From the NCBI GenBank assembly GCA_963750165.1, contig CAVVPN010000003.1:352001-416000 (forward strand): 64,000 bases of DNA, written 5' to 3'. Positions within the stretch are counted from its first letter, which is position 1; each line of letters opens with the position of its first letter. Source of the DNA: an uncultured Gemmataceae bacterium (GTDB lineage Bacteria; Planctomycetota; Planctomycetia; Gemmatales; Gemmataceae). The notes beneath the pieces were generated by a model. That model searched no databases. It worked only from the letters and a program-made list of their open reading frames with translations, and was not told where the DNA came from. Below are positions 43,954-54,261 of the stretch, one piece after another. A program made the translations under genes and the position numbers.

Positions 43954-44541
43954 TCAGGTGCGGAAATAGGCCGCGACGATCAGACCGATGCCGCCGATCA
44001 GGATCAGCGCATCCAGCAGCAGCGCCGCCAGCGCCCAGCGGCGGCCCATTGGCGTCAGCTTGCCCGGGGCCTCCCGAATATCCAGCAGCATCAGTATCGA
44101 AACGATGTGCAGCACCCCCGGACACAGCAGTCCGAAGACCGCCGCCAGCCAGGCCCGCCGCGCGATCACGTCTTTCGGCGAATCCAGGACCGCTTCCTCC
44201 TCGTCCTCGTCCTCGTCCTCGTCGAGCGGTTCCTCGTCGGTGGGCACGCGGACCTTCTCGGGGTTGGCGGTGATGTTTTCCTCCAGGCCGTAGTCGTCGC
44301 GGCGGCGGCCGCTGCCGCCGCGCTGCTTGACCCGCCGCAGGATGGCCTCGGCCCGGCCGGCGTCCTCCTCCGCCACCAGCAATTTGACGCCGCCGATTGC
44401 GGCAGCCCACAGCGGCACCATCGTGACCGACTCGGTGTCGCTCAGGTGCGCCGGGATGCCCTCTTCCTCCAGGCGGTTGCGCACCAGTTCCGCCTCGCCC
44501 ACCGAGTAAAACGCAGCGACCGTCACCCAGGAATCCTTCAT
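43954..44541 (-). CDS. DUF2007 (putative signal-transducing) domain membrane protein
   Basis: EAELVRNRLEEEGIPA...GGVKLLV.EEDA..A..IL plus two C-terminal TM helices. Confidence 0.8.
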   Translation of the reverse strand: MKDSWVTVAAFYSVGEAELVRNRLEEEGIPAHLSDTESVTMVPLWAAAIGGVKLLVAEEDAGRAEAILRRVKQRGGSGRRRDDYGLEENITANPEKVRVPTDEEPLDEDEDEDEEEAVLDSPKDVIARRAWLAAVFGLLCPGVLHIVSILMLLDIREAPGKLTPMGRRWALAALLLDALILIGGIGLIVAAYFRT

Positions 44542-44550
44542 GACCGAGCC

Positions 44551-45747
44551 TCAACGGTTGGCGGCGAGCAGCCAGACCACCACGCCCGCCACGACGAGCA
44601 GGAGCAGGCCCAGCAGCCACCACAGTTTGTTGCCCAGCGGCCGACGGCCGACGTAGGTCACGGTCGGCTCGGCGGTCGTCTGCTGGCGGTCGGCCAGTAA
44701 TTTTTCCATCGCCCCGGGAGGCAACAGCAAAATGCCGCTGGCCTTGCCCAGTTCCTGTAACCGCAGGTACACCTCCACCGCGGTCGCCGGCCGCTCGTTG
44801 GGGTTCTGCTTCAGGCACTGCTCCAGAATCGGGCCGAGGTCCGGCGGCGCGTCGGGGCACAGCTCATGGAAACTCTTGCCCGTGACGAACGGTAGCTTGC
44901 CGGTCAGCGCCTCGTGCATGACCATCGCGGCGCTGTACAGGTCGGAGCGGGCGTCCACCGTCAGGCCGGCGAGTTGCTCCGGGCTCATGTAGCGCGGCGT
45001 GCCGAGGACGGCGCCCGGCTGCGTCAGCGGCTGGTCGCCGCCGAGCGGGTCGTCGCCGCGCAGGATGCGGGCGATGCCGAAGTCCAGCACGCGCACGTGC
45101 AGCCGTACGCCGCTCTGGTTCAGGAAGAAGATGTTGTCCGGCTTGATGTCGCGGTGGACGATGCTCTTGCCGTGGGCGTGGATCAGCGCCAGCAGCACCT
45201 GGGCGCTGAGCTGAATGCCAGCCCGCACCGGCAGCGGCCCTTCCTGCACCAGCCGTTCGCGCAGCGTCAGGCCCTGCAGGTACTCCATGACCAGATAAGG
45301 GCCGAGGCCGGGGTCGATGCCAAAGTCGTGAACGACGACGATGTGCGGATCGCTGAGCTGGCTGGCGATGCGGGCCTCGCGGTGGAAGCGGGCGTCGAAC
45401 TCCGCCTCGCGGCGCAGTTCGGGGTTGATGAGCTTGACGGCCACGTCGCGCTGCAGCGTCAGATCGACGGCGCGATAGACCTGGGCCATGCCGCCGCCGC
45501 CGCGCACCTCCTCCAGCCGATAACGGCCGCCGACCACCACCGGCAGGGTGAGGTTCTGGGTTTCCCCGGCGGGAGCGCGGCCGGCAGGCGTGACGGCGCT
45601 GTCCGGTGGGGCCGTCTCCTGGCCGACGACAGGCGGATCGGCGACGGTGACCGGCTGCGGCGCGGCGTCCTGCAGCGCTGTGCCGTCCGCTGGACAGAAG
45701 CGCACGCTCGCGTCCCAGGTCTTGCCGCAGGTCGGACACCGCTGCAC
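44551..45747 (-). CDS. Ser/Thr protein kinase with N-terminal zinc ribbon and C-terminal TM
   Basis: CPTC..FCP.DG, GGGGMAQVY, VAVK, HRDIKPDN, DFG, GTPRYMSPEQ. Confidence 0.95.
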   Translation of the reverse strand: MQRCPTCGKTWDASVRFCPADGTALQDAAPQPVTVADPPVVGQETAPPDSAVTPAGRAPAGETQNLTLPVVVGGRYRLEEVRGGGGMAQVYRAVDLTLQRDVAVKLINPELRREAEFDARFHREARIASQLSDPHIVVVHDFGIDPGLGPYLVMEYLQGLTLRERLVQEGPLPVRAGIQLSAQVLLALIHAHGKSIVHRDIKPDNIFFLNQSGVRLHVRVLDFGIARILRGDDPLGGDQPLTQPGAVLGTPRYMSPEQLAGLTVDARSDLYSAAMVMHEALTGKLPFVTGKSFHELCPDAPPDLGPILEQCLKQNPNERPATAVEVYLRLQELGKASGILLLPPGAMEKLLADRQQTTAEPTVTYVGRRPLGNKLWWLLGLLLLVVAGVVVWLLAANR

Positions 45748-45760
45748 GGTCAGGCCCTCG

Positions 45761-45850
45761 TCAGGGGTCAGGGGTCAGAGTCGGAGCCCGAGCGCCAGCG
45801 CGGGGCCAAGCAGGCCCCGCGCTGGCGCTCGGGCTCCGACTCTGACCCCT
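45761..45850. repeat. REP family D copy nested in heptamer (TCAGGGG) inverted arms
   Basis: TCAGGGGTCAGGGGTCAGAGTCGGAGCCCGAGCGCCAGCG...CGCTGGCGCTCGGGCTCCGACTCTGACCCCT. Confidence 0.8.
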
Positions 45851-45859
45851 CTATGGTAA

Positions 45860-47881
45860 TCAGCGCTTCCCGATCCGCCAATCGTCATCGAACAGGCCGG
45901 CGGTCACCGTCTCGACCGCCAGCGCGTCCGTCTTCGTCGGCGCCAGCCGTAGCAGCGCGTAGTCGCCCAGGCGCGGATACAACAGCGCGTTGGTGCCCTG
46001 GTAGTCCGCTGCGTGGAAAGTGTGGCCGGAGTTCAGCACCAGATAACGCTTGTGGTTGAGCGGGTTCGGGTAGATCAGCACCGGCACGTGCTCCGCGGCC
46101 TTGACCTTTTGGCCCGCGAAGACGATGTGCTCCTTCGTCCACGTCAGCGGCAGCCCGTCCAGCGCGTGGCCGATCAGCGAGTTGGACGACGGATCGCCGA
46201 ACAGAATCAGGTGCTTCTTCTGAATGTCCTCGCGCGTCACCTCGGTGTCGTTTTTGACCGGCAGCTCGCCGCGCCAGTATTTGCCCCACTCGTTGTGGAA
46301 GCGCTGCAGGTTGTCTTTGGCGTACCTCTCCGTGGCGGCATGCCACGGCTTGCCGGTGCCGCGCACGCACAGGAAGGCGTCCGTGAAGGCGTCGTCGATC
46401 GGCCCAGACATGTTCGGCGCCTTCCACGGCCGCAGCAATTGTTGCTCGTCCAGGCGCTCGGGCAGGACGGGATACCACTTGCCGCCGCGCTTCTGCAGGT
46501 AGACCGCATACGGGCCGCCCTTGTTGCCCCACGGCCGGGCGGTCACCTGCTGCTTGTCGATGACCACCGTCATGTCGTGCAGCAGGCCCTTCGGCGTCCC
46601 CAACCGCAGCGAACGCACGTTGGCCGTCGTCACCTTGAAGCCGTCCTCCGTCTTCTCCGCGTCCACCAGGGCCCGTTCGTAGTGGCGCTCCAGGTTGAGG
46701 ATGTCCACCCAGTCGCAGTGATGGTACTTGAGCGTGTAGGTCACGAAGTGCACGCGGTTGGGATACTGCGTGTGCCCCTTCGTGATGTAGGGCTGCATCG
46801 CCTCCTGCACCTTCTTCTGCCACGCCGCCGGGAACTGGTGCTTCAGGCCCGGCGCGATCACGTGCGTCATGCGGTCGGCCATGCCGAACTGCTTCAGCCG
46901 CGCTTCAATGTTGTCCGCGGCCTTCTTCTGCGGGTCGTCGGCGCCGGAGTAGGCGACGATGGGCACCATGAAGGCGTTCTCGGCGTAATCGACGGCGTCG
47001 TAGATGCGCAGGCATTTTTCCTGGTAGTCCGGCAGTTTGGCGGGCAGTTTACCGACGTAGCCGTGCGTGGTGGTGAAGCCGGCGCCGGGCTGGATGACGC
47101 ACCAGGCGTCCGGACGGTGCAGGCCCAGGTGCCAGGTGCCGGCGCCGCCCATCGAGAAGCCGCGCAGCACCCAGCGCGACAGGTCCAGATACCAGTTCCG
47201 CTTCAGCGTGAACTCCAGCGCCACGAAGTTGGCCATCGCCTCCAGCACGTCCGACTCGCCAGCCCAGCGGTAAGCATTGTTGCCGCGACCGTAGATGTCG
47301 ATGCGCACGAACGGCTGGTCCTTCGGCGCTGCCTTGCCGGCGCCGAAGTTGTGCAGGAATTTCACCTCCGTCAGGCTGGTATCGCGGCCGTGCAGCACCA
47401 CGTCAATGCGATACTTCTTGTCGTCCATGCCGTAGCCGGGCGGCAGCGTGACGGCGTAGGGCTGCACCGAGCCGTCCAGGCGCGAGCGATAGGCACGCAC
47501 CACCGTGGAGCCGGGCTTCTTGATCCAGTCGAAATTCTTGTTCTCGACCTGCTTGACGCGCTCCAGACCGCGGTCCAGCACCTCCAGCGTCCAGGCGGCG
47601 TACTCCGTCTTGAAAAACTCGTTGTGCTTGACGATGTTGACGGCGGCCTGGTGGAACACCTCCAGCTCAGGCAGCAGCGGATCGGGGCCGGCGCCGCGGT
47701 ATTTTTGGATCGCCCGGTCGAGCTGGTTGGTCTTTTCCTGGATCTGCTTGAGGACCTCGGGGCTGGGTGCCTGGCTGGGCGGCGGCTTGTACTCCTGCGC
47801 AGGCGCGGCCGCCAGGCTCAGCAGCAGCGCGGCCATTGCCGCCGACGATAACCCGACGGGCAAGCACTTCATGTTCGACAC
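45860..47881 (-). CDS. Exported alpha/beta hydrolase (esterase/peptidase S9-like)
   Basis: Signal peptide; DGSVQPY, VVLHG, GFSMGGAG nucleophile elbow, H in GLKHQF. Confidence 0.85.
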   Translation of the reverse strand: MSNMKCLPVGLSSAAMAALLLSLAAAPAQEYKPPPSQAPSPEVLKQIQEKTNQLDRAIQKYRGAGPDPLLPELEVFHQAAVNIVKHNEFFKTEYAAWTLEVLDRGLERVKQVENKNFDWIKKPGSTVVRAYRSRLDGSVQPYAVTLPPGYGMDDKKYRIDVVLHGRDTSLTEVKFLHNFGAGKAAPKDQPFVRIDIYGRGNNAYRWAGESDVLEAMANFVALEFTLKRNWYLDLSRWVLRGFSMGGAGTWHLGLHRPDAWCVIQPGAGFTTTHGYVGKLPAKLPDYQEKCLRIYDAVDYAENAFMVPIVAYSGADDPQKKAADNIEARLKQFGMADRMTHVIAPGLKHQFPAAWQKKVQEAMQPYITKGHTQYPNRVHFVTYTLKYHHCDWVDILNLERHYERALVDAEKTEDGFKVTTANVRSLRLGTPKGLLHDMTVVIDKQQVTARPWGNKGGPYAVYLQKRGGKWYPVLPERLDEQQLLRPWKAPNMSGPIDDAFTDAFLCVRGTGKPWHAATERYAKDNLQRFHNEWGKYWRGELPVKNDTEVTREDIQKKHLILFGDPSSNSLIGHALDGLPLTWTKEHIVFAGQKVKAAEHVPVLIYPNPLNHKRYLVLNSGHTFHAADYQGTNALLYPRLGDYALLRLAPTKTDALAVETVTAGLFDDDWRIGKR

Positions 47882-47963
47882 CTCAGTCAGAAGGGAAACT
47901 GCCAGCGCTCAAGTAAGATTGACCATACCGGGGCGGCGCGGCCGGAGCAAGCCCCCACTCGTT

Positions 47964-48038
47964 CGGAATGATGAATGCGGAAGGAGGAATGATGAATGCA
48001 GACAATTCATCATTCCGCATTCATCATTCCTCCTTCCG
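47964..48038. repeat. Heptamer-based inverted repeat
   Basis: GGAATGATGAATG x2 facing ATTCATCATTCC x2. Confidence 0.75.
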
Positions 48039-48123
48039 GTAGTCAGTCCCCAACCGGCCTGGTATAGTGGCCGATGAGCCTCCGCCCCACAGATGAGAAC
48101 GACCCCGAACGAAAGGGCCCCCC

Positions 48124-48963
48124 ATGCCGTCACGGGCCGTGACGTTGGCCGTGCTGCTGTTCTGGCTGGCGACCACCGGCTGGATGATCTACCGCGACCA
48201 GGTGCAGGAGACGGACCTGCCGCCGGTGTTCAAATTCGACCACGCGGACGAGGTGTCCGGCAACCTCAAGCAGGCCAACTGGGAAGTGTTTTTTCAGGAC
48301 CGCCCCTTGCACGCGAAGTGGCACACCGGCCTGAGCTTCAAGGGCAAGGGCATTTTTGACCTGTCCTGCTCCTTCCTCAACACGGAGAAACGGCTGTCCC
48401 TGGCTGGCCTCACCGTCCACAACCTGTCGTTCAAGTACCGCACGAACCGCCGGGGCGAACTGGTGAGCCTGGAAGCCCGCGTGGAGGCTGAGCCGCCGGG
48501 GGCGCCTTTCTGGGTGGAAGTGCAAGCCGACTCCGCCGCCGACGACACCTGGGCCTTGCACTCCCGCGGCCCGAAGGAGCCCGCCCTGTGCCGGGTGCCG
48601 TCCGCGCGCGCCCTGTTTAACCCCCTGCACCCCAGCCCGGCGGTGGCCGGCCTGTACCCCGGTCAAACCTGGACGGTCACCGCCCTCGACCCCCTGGAGA
48701 ACGCCAGACCTGGTCCGCACCAGGGCAAGTACGTCAAGACCGCCCGCTGGCACGCTCGAGTGACGGCCGACGACCTGCCCCGCAAGTACCGGAACGTCCC
48801 CTGCTGGCGCGTGGACTACACCGGAGAGAACGGCGCGCTGCGGGCGCGGGTTTGGGTGTGGCGCCTTGACCACCAGGTCCAGCAGCAGGAAGTGTACTAC
48901 CCGGAGGGGATCTTGAAGTTGGTGCGCTTACCACCGCCGGAATGGAAAGGTCGGGGCAGGTAA
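48124..48963 (+). CDS. Hypothetical N-terminally anchored protein, ABC-associated
   Basis: MPSRAVTLAVLLFWLATTGW; stop overlaps the ATPase start (TAATG). Confidence 0.75.
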   Translation: MPSRAVTLAVLLFWLATTGWMIYRDQVQETDLPPVFKFDHADEVSGNLKQANWEVFFQDRPLHAKWHTGLSFKGKGIFDLSCSFLNTEKRLSLAGLTVHNLSFKYRTNRRGELVSLEARVEAEPPGAPFWVEVQADSAADDTWALHSRGPKEPALCRVPSARALFNPLHPSPAVAGLYPGQTWTVTALDPLENARPGPHQGKYVKTARWHARVTADDLPRKYRNVPCWRVDYTGENGALRARVWVWRLDHQVQQQEVYYPEGILKLVRLPPPEWKGRGR

Positions 48964-49739
48964 TGATTATGATCGAACTCGACCAGGTGCGCAAACTGTA
49001 CGGAACCAAGGTGGCTGTCCACGACCTGAGCCTGCGCATCGAGCGCGGCGAACTGTTCGCCTTCCTCGGGCCGAACGGGGCCGGCAAGACCACGACCATC
49101 AAGATGATGTGCGGCCTGTTGTTCCCGACCGCCGGCCGCATTCGTATCGCCGGCTTCGACCTGGCAACGCAGGGCGAACAGGCGCGCCAGCTCATCAGCT
49201 ACGTGCCGGACCAGCCCTACGTCTACGAGCGCCTGACCGGCCGCGAGTTCCTGCAGTTCATCGCCGGCATGTACGGCATGGGCCCCGACCACGCCGAGCG
49301 GCGCACCGCGGAGATGATCGAGTTGTTTCGGCTGCAGGATTTCGTGGACGACCTGACGCAGAACTATTCGCACGGCATGCGGCAGCGGACGGTGTTCGCC
49401 GGGGCGCTGCTGCACGAGCCGCAGGTACTGATCGTGGACGAGCCGACGGTCGGCCTGGACCCGTCGAGCGTGCGGCTGTTGAAGAACCTGCTGCGGCAGC
49501 AGGCCGACGGCGGCACCACGGTGTTCCTGTCCACGCACTCGCTGGACGTGGCCCAGGAACTGGCGGGCCGCATCGGCATTGTGCATCAGGGCCGGCTCAT
49601 CAGTTGCGGCACGCTCGACGAGTTGCGCAAGCAGTCGGCGGTGGACGGGTCGCTGGAAGAGGTGTTCCTGGCGCTGGTGGAGGAGCAGGAGACGCCGGCG
49701 CCGACCGACACGAGGATCAAGTCCGGCAAGAAATCGTAG
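48963..49739 (+). CDS. ABC transporter ATP-binding protein
   Basis: GPNGAGKTT, YSHGMRQR, IVDEPT, STH. Confidence 0.95.
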   Translation: MIMIELDQVRKLYGTKVAVHDLSLRIERGELFAFLGPNGAGKTTTIKMMCGLLFPTAGRIRIAGFDLATQGEQARQLISYVPDQPYVYERLTGREFLQFIAGMYGMGPDHAERRTAEMIELFRLQDFVDDLTQNYSHGMRQRTVFAGALLHEPQVLIVDEPTVGLDPSSVRLLKNLLRQQADGGTTVFLSTHSLDVAQELAGRIGIVHQGRLISCGTLDELRKQSAVDGSLEEVFLALVEEQETPAPTDTRIKSGKKS

Positions 49740-49791
49740 CGGAAGTCGCCAGACTTCCGTGAACGCTCGGAAGTCTGGCGACTTCCGCTAC
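49736..49791. repeat. REP family A (copy 3), supplying the ATPase TAG stop
   Basis: GTAG at 49736-49739 includes the stop codon 49737-49739. Confidence 0.9.
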
Positions 49792-49839
49792 ACCAGAACG
49801 GAACGATCAAACGAGGCCCCAATCCCATCACGGTGACGC

Positions 49840-51594
49840 ATGGCCACGACCACCCTGGCCCCCCCGACTTCGGCCCCGACCCCCGGCGGCCCGGCCCGGC
49901 TGCTGCAGTGGCTGCGCTGGCGGCAGCTGCGCAACAGCATGGGCGTGGTTTTCCGCCAGTCGGCGGTGCGCACCCTGACGGTGGTGCTGTGCAGCGCCTT
50001 CATCTGGCTGTCGGTCTTCGGCCTGAGCTACTTCGGCTTCCTTAGCCTGAAGCAAAAGAACTGGGACTTCCCGCTCGATGGCCAGATCATGGTGTTGCTG
50101 TTCAACCTGATGTTCCTGACGCTGACCGTGCTGCTGATCTTCTCGACGGCGCTGATCCTGTACAGCAGCCTGTTCGCGTCGGCGGAGACCACCTTCCTGC
50201 TGAGCGGGCCGCTGCCGGAAGATCAGATTTTCGCCCACAAGTACCAGTCGGCGGTCGGCTTCAGTAGCTGGGCGTTCGTGCTGCTGGGCAGCCCCATCCT
50301 GCTGGCCTACGGTATGCTCGTCAACGACGGGGCGCCGTGGTACTTCTACGCGCTGTTGCCGCTGTACTTCTTCGGTTTCGTGCTGCTGCCCGGCTCGCTG
50401 GGGGCGCTGCTGTGCCTGCTGGTCGTCAACTTCCTGCCGCAGCGCCGCAAAACCATCCTGCTGCTGGGGGCCGTGCTGGTCGTGCTGGGCACGGCGGCGT
50501 GGTTCTACTTCCGGCTGGTGCCGAATTTCCAGAACGCCGGCCGCCAGCCGGACTGGCTGCACGAACTGCTCGGCGAATTTTCGGTACTGCACGGGCCGCT
50601 GATGCCGGCGCAGTGGATCGCTCAGGGCCTGCAGGCGGCGGCGCTGGGCGAACTCGGCGAGGCGCTCTATTTCCTGGCGCTGATCTGGGCGAACGGGCTG
50701 TTCCTGTACGTGGTGACGGCGTGGGCGGCGCGTCACCTGTACCGCCGCGGCTACAACCGCGTCGCCGCCGGCGGCACTGCCCGCAAGCGCTACGGCACCT
50801 CCTGGCTGGACCGGGTGCTCAGCGTGCTACTCGGCTTCCTCGATCCGCAGACCCGGCTGCTGACGATCAAGGACTTCCGCACCTTTCGCCGCGATCCGAG
50901 CCAGTGGGCGCAGGTGCTCATCTTCGTCGGCCTGGCGCTGCTGTACTTCGGCAACATGCGCCGCTTTTACGAGCAGGATTTCCGCGGCCCGTTCCAGAAC
51001 GGCATCAGTCTGATTAACCTGATTGCGGTATCGTTCCTGATGTGCGCGTACACGGGGCGGTTCATCTATCCGATGCTGAGCCTGGAGGGCCGCAAGTTCT
51101 GGATTCTGGGCCTGCTGCCGTTGCGACGTGAACGGCTGCTCTGGGGCAAGTTCGCGTTCTCGGCGACGGGCTGCGTGTTCTTCGCGGAGTTGCTGACGAT
51201 CGCCAGCGACATCATGCTGAACATGCCGTGGTTCGTGCTGCTGCTCCACGCGCTGACGATTGGCGTGCTGGCGCTGGCGTTCAGCGGGCTGAGCGTCGGG
51301 CTGGGAGCGTGCCTGCCGAACTTCCGGGAGAGCGACCCAAGCAAGATCGCGGTCGGCTTCGGCGGCACGCTGAACCTGGTGGCGGGGCTGATCCTGCTGC
51401 TTCTGGTAATCTGTCTGATGGCGGTGCCGTGCCACGTGGTCATGGGCCAGCAGCTGGCGATGGGGTATAGCCTGCGGGTCGAGCCGTACGAGTGGATTGT
51501 TCTCAGCGCGGTGCTCGGCACGGCCATCGGGTTGGCGGCGACGGTGGTGCCGTTGCAGATGGGGGCGTGGGCGCTGCGACGCATGGAGTTCTAA
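49840..51594 (+). CDS. Putative ABC-2 type permease (multi-TM)
   Basis: About 14 hydrophobic segments; ETTFLLS.P, KDFRTFRRD, SLEG..FWIL..LP. Confidence 0.88.
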   Translation: MATTTLAPPTSAPTPGGPARLLQWLRWRQLRNSMGVVFRQSAVRTLTVVLCSAFIWLSVFGLSYFGFLSLKQKNWDFPLDGQIMVLLFNLMFLTLTVLLIFSTALILYSSLFASAETTFLLSGPLPEDQIFAHKYQSAVGFSSWAFVLLGSPILLAYGMLVNDGAPWYFYALLPLYFFGFVLLPGSLGALLCLLVVNFLPQRRKTILLLGAVLVVLGTAAWFYFRLVPNFQNAGRQPDWLHELLGEFSVLHGPLMPAQWIAQGLQAAALGELGEALYFLALIWANGLFLYVVTAWAARHLYRRGYNRVAAGGTARKRYGTSWLDRVLSVLLGFLDPQTRLLTIKDFRTFRRDPSQWAQVLIFVGLALLYFGNMRRFYEQDFRGPFQNGISLINLIAVSFLMCAYTGRFIYPMLSLEGRKFWILGLLPLRRERLLWGKFAFSATGCVFFAELLTIASDIMLNMPWFVLLLHALTIGVLALAFSGLSVGLGACLPNFRESDPSKIAVGFGGTLNLVAGLILLLLVICLMAVPCHVVMGQQLAMGYSLRVEPYEWIVLSAVLGTAIGLAATVVPLQMGAWALRRMEF

Positions 51595-51595
51595 C

Positions 51596-51680
51596 AAACA
51601 GGATCCACAGATGACACAGATGAAAACAAAAGAAGTTTGTTTTCATTGTTTTTTATCTGTGACAGCTGTGGATCCTGTTT
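51596..51680. repeat. Inverted repeat with CACAGATGA-type units between convergent genes (possible bidirectional terminator)
   Basis: AAACAGGATCCACAGATGACACAGAT...ATCTGTGACAGCTGTGGATCCTGTTT. Confidence 0.75.
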
Positions 51681-51681
51681 T

Positions 51682-52308
51682 TCATTCGTCGGGGTCGTAG
51701 GTGGCCTCGCCGTGGGGGCTGCTGACGCCGAGGTTGGCCTTGCACTGCGGACACTGCACTTTTTCCCAGCGGCTGTCGTGCACCTCGAAGGCGTGGCCGC
51801 AGTGCCAGCAGCGCTTGGTCACCAGGATCGGCCCGTCAACGCGGGCGCAGTGCGTGAATGACCGGTGCAGCGCGGGGTTCGGCTGGGCGAGGGCGTTGGC
51901 CTGGGCCGCCGCCATCGCCTTGTAGGCGTCCACGTTGCCTGCGTGGAGCGACTCCCAGTTGGCGCCGTTGACGAGGCCGACGAGGAAACCGAGGAAGTAA
52001 CCGAGCAGGCACCCCGGCAGCATCATGAAGAACCCGAGGATGAAGCCGACAACGGCCATCCCGACAAGCTGCCCCGCCGACTCGACGAGCAAGAGGTTCC
52101 ACAGAACCATCACGACCGGGGTGCCCAGGAACGCCGCGATGGCGCCGAACCGCGTCCAGGCCTGGGCGGTGGAAGCGACGCTGCGACGGAATTGAAAGCC
52201 GCACTGCCGACAGGTGCAGATCGGACTCACCGGCGGTAGGGCGAGGTACGGGTTGATGTCGTGCGAGCACCGCGGACAGACGTAGGTGATGACGACGCGA
52301 TACGCCAT
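51682..52308 (-). CDS. Membrane protein with N- and C-terminal zinc ribbons
   Basis: CPRC/CRQC, TM helices, CWHC/CPQC. Confidence 0.75.
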   Translation of the reverse strand: MAYRVVITYVCPRCSHDINPYLALPPVSPICTCRQCGFQFRRSVASTAQAWTRFGAIAAFLGTPVVMVLWNLLLVESAGQLVGMAVVGFILGFFMMLPGCLLGYFLGFLVGLVNGANWESLHAGNVDAYKAMAAAQANALAQPNPALHRSFTHCARVDGPILVTKRCWHCGHAFEVHDSRWEKVQCPQCKANLGVSSPHGEATYDPDE

Positions 52309-52380
52309 GGCCAGGTCCTTTGCTGCGAGGCGGCGATTGCGAAAGTGCGAGCCATTTCGGCAAGCATAGCACACGCAGAG

Positions 52381-52487
52381 AGGCATTAGGCATTAGGCAT
52401 TAGGCATTAGTTATCCGGGTTCCCGATACGGGCAAATGTTCAGGTTTAAACAGAGACCCAGATAACTAATGCTTAATGCCTAATGCC
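52381..52487. repeat. Heptamer (AGGCATT)x4 inverted-repeat element containing the desulfurase stop
   Basis: GGCATTAGGCATTAGTTATCCGGGT...ACCCAGATAACTAATGCTTAATGCCTAATGCC. Confidence 0.8.
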
Positions 52488-53623
52488 CCTTCTGCAGCAG
52501 CGCCGCTGCGGCCCGGTCGATCTCGTCCTCTGTCGTGAAGCGACCAACGCTCAGCCGCACTGCCCCGCGCCAGCTCCCGTGATACGCCCATCGCCAGCAG
52601 CACCGGCGAACACACAAACTCCCCCTCATGACACGCCGAGCCGGTCGAGGCCGCGACCTCCGGCACCTGCCCCAGCAGCTCCCACCCATGCCGGCCGACG
52701 AAGATCACATTCAGCGTGTTCGACAGCCGCAACTCAGGATGGCCGTTCAACAGCACGCGGTCGCCGAGGCCGTCCTGCAACCGCCGCCACAGCCGGTCGC
52801 GCAGTTCCCGCAAGCGCTGCGTCGCCGCCGGCAGCGACTGCCGCGCCAACTCGCACGCTTTGCCGAGCGCGACAATGTACGGCACGTTCTCGGTGCCGGC
52901 GCGACGGCCGTCCTCGTGGCCCGCGCCGTGAATCAGGCTCTCCAGCTTGACGCCCTTGCGAACGTAGAGCACGCCGACACCCTTGGGCGCGTACAGCTTG
53001 TGCCCGGCGACCGTCAGCAGATCGACACCAAGATCGTTGACGTTGACCGCGACCTTGCCGAGCGACTGGGCCGCGTCGGTGTGGACGAGGGCGCCGCGCT
53101 CGTGGGCGACGGCGGCGATGTCGCGGATCGGCTGCAGGGTGCCGACCTCGTTGTTGGCGTGCATGACGCTGACGAGCGTGGTGCCGCGGTCGAGGGCCTT
53201 GCGCACCGCGGCGGGATCGACGAGGCCGTGACGGTCCACCGGCAGCACGGTGACGCGGCAGCCGAGCCGCTTGAGGAAGTCGCAGGGTTGCAGCGTCGCG
53301 GGGTGCTCGACGGCGCTGGTGATGACGTGGGCGCCGCGCGCCCAGCGGCCGAAGAAGCCGCGGAGCTGCTGGAAGACGACGCCCTTGATGGCGTGGTTGC
53401 TCGCCTCGCTGCCGCCGCCGGTGAAGACGATTTCGTCGGGGCGGGCGCCGAGCAGGTCCGCGACCTGCTGCCGGGCGGCGGCGACGGCGTCGTGGGCGGT
53501 CTTGCCGTAGGCGTGCGTGCTGGAGGGGTTGCCGTGGTGCTCGCGCAGGTAGGGCAGCATGGCGTCGAGCACGGCGGGGTCCACGGGCGTCGTGGCGTTG
53601 TAGTCGAGGTAGATGGGTTGCAT
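52480..53623 (-). CDS. iscS: Cysteine desulfurase (IscS/NifS family), frameshift near 52565
   Basis: YLDYNATTP, GNPSS, EHPA, NNEVG, HTDAAQ, GHKLY.PKG, STGSAC; C-terminus AVRLSVGRFTTEDEID in a shifted frame. Confidence 0.9.
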
Positions 53624-53890
53624 GTTAATAGTTTAGCAAACGAGCGGCGCAGGGTGCGCCGAAAGATCGTGGGAGCCGCCCTGCACCGCCAGGCCGAATT
53701 GTCCGTGGGCCAGGACGTTCTTCACCATCGCCTGTTCCCGCAGTTAAGACGAAGAGGACGAACCCTTGTCTTCCTCCAGCCGTTCCATATAACAGCCATG
53801 TTCTCCGCTTACCGGCCAAAGTTACCCACCCTCTAGCATTTGGAGGCGGCAACCTCAACGCCGTGTTTCGTCGGACAAAGGAGCAAGGAC

Positions 53891-54178
53891 ATGTCGATTT
53901 TCGCAGACATTTACCTGGAACCGGGCGGCCTCATCGCCTGGCTGATCGTGGGCCTCATCGCAGGCTTTCTGGCCGGGAAGGTCATGAAGGGGAGCGGCTA
54001 CGGCCTCGTCGGTGACCTCATCGTGGGCCTGATCGGGGCTTTCCTCGGTGGCTTGCTGTTCGGATCGTTCGTCCATGCCGAGTATGCTCTGATCGGCAGC
54101 ATCATCGTCGCTTTCGTCGGAGCCTGCCTCCTCATCGCCATCGTGCGGTTCGTCGCCCCCGGCAGATCGAGTTTGTGA
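53891..54178 (+). CDS. GlsB/YeaQ/YmgE family stress membrane protein
   Basis: IAWLIVGLIAGFLAGKVM.G.GYG...IVGLIGAFLGG...AFVGACLL. Confidence 0.9.
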   Translation: MSIFADIYLEPGGLIAWLIVGLIAGFLAGKVMKGSGYGLVGDLIVGLIGAFLGGLLFGSFVHAEYALIGSIIVAFVGACLLIAIVRFVAPGRSSL

Positions 54179-54188
54179 CCGCACCGAC

Positions 54189-54225
54189 CCCTGTTTCCGT
54201 GCAAGTGTAACTCACGGAAACAGGG
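54189..54225. terminator. Hairpin between convergent genes
   Basis: CCCTGTTTCCGTG...CACGGAAACAGGG. Confidence 0.55.
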
Positions 54226-54261
54226 ATCGAGCCATCTCCCTCACCGACTTCATTTCTTCGG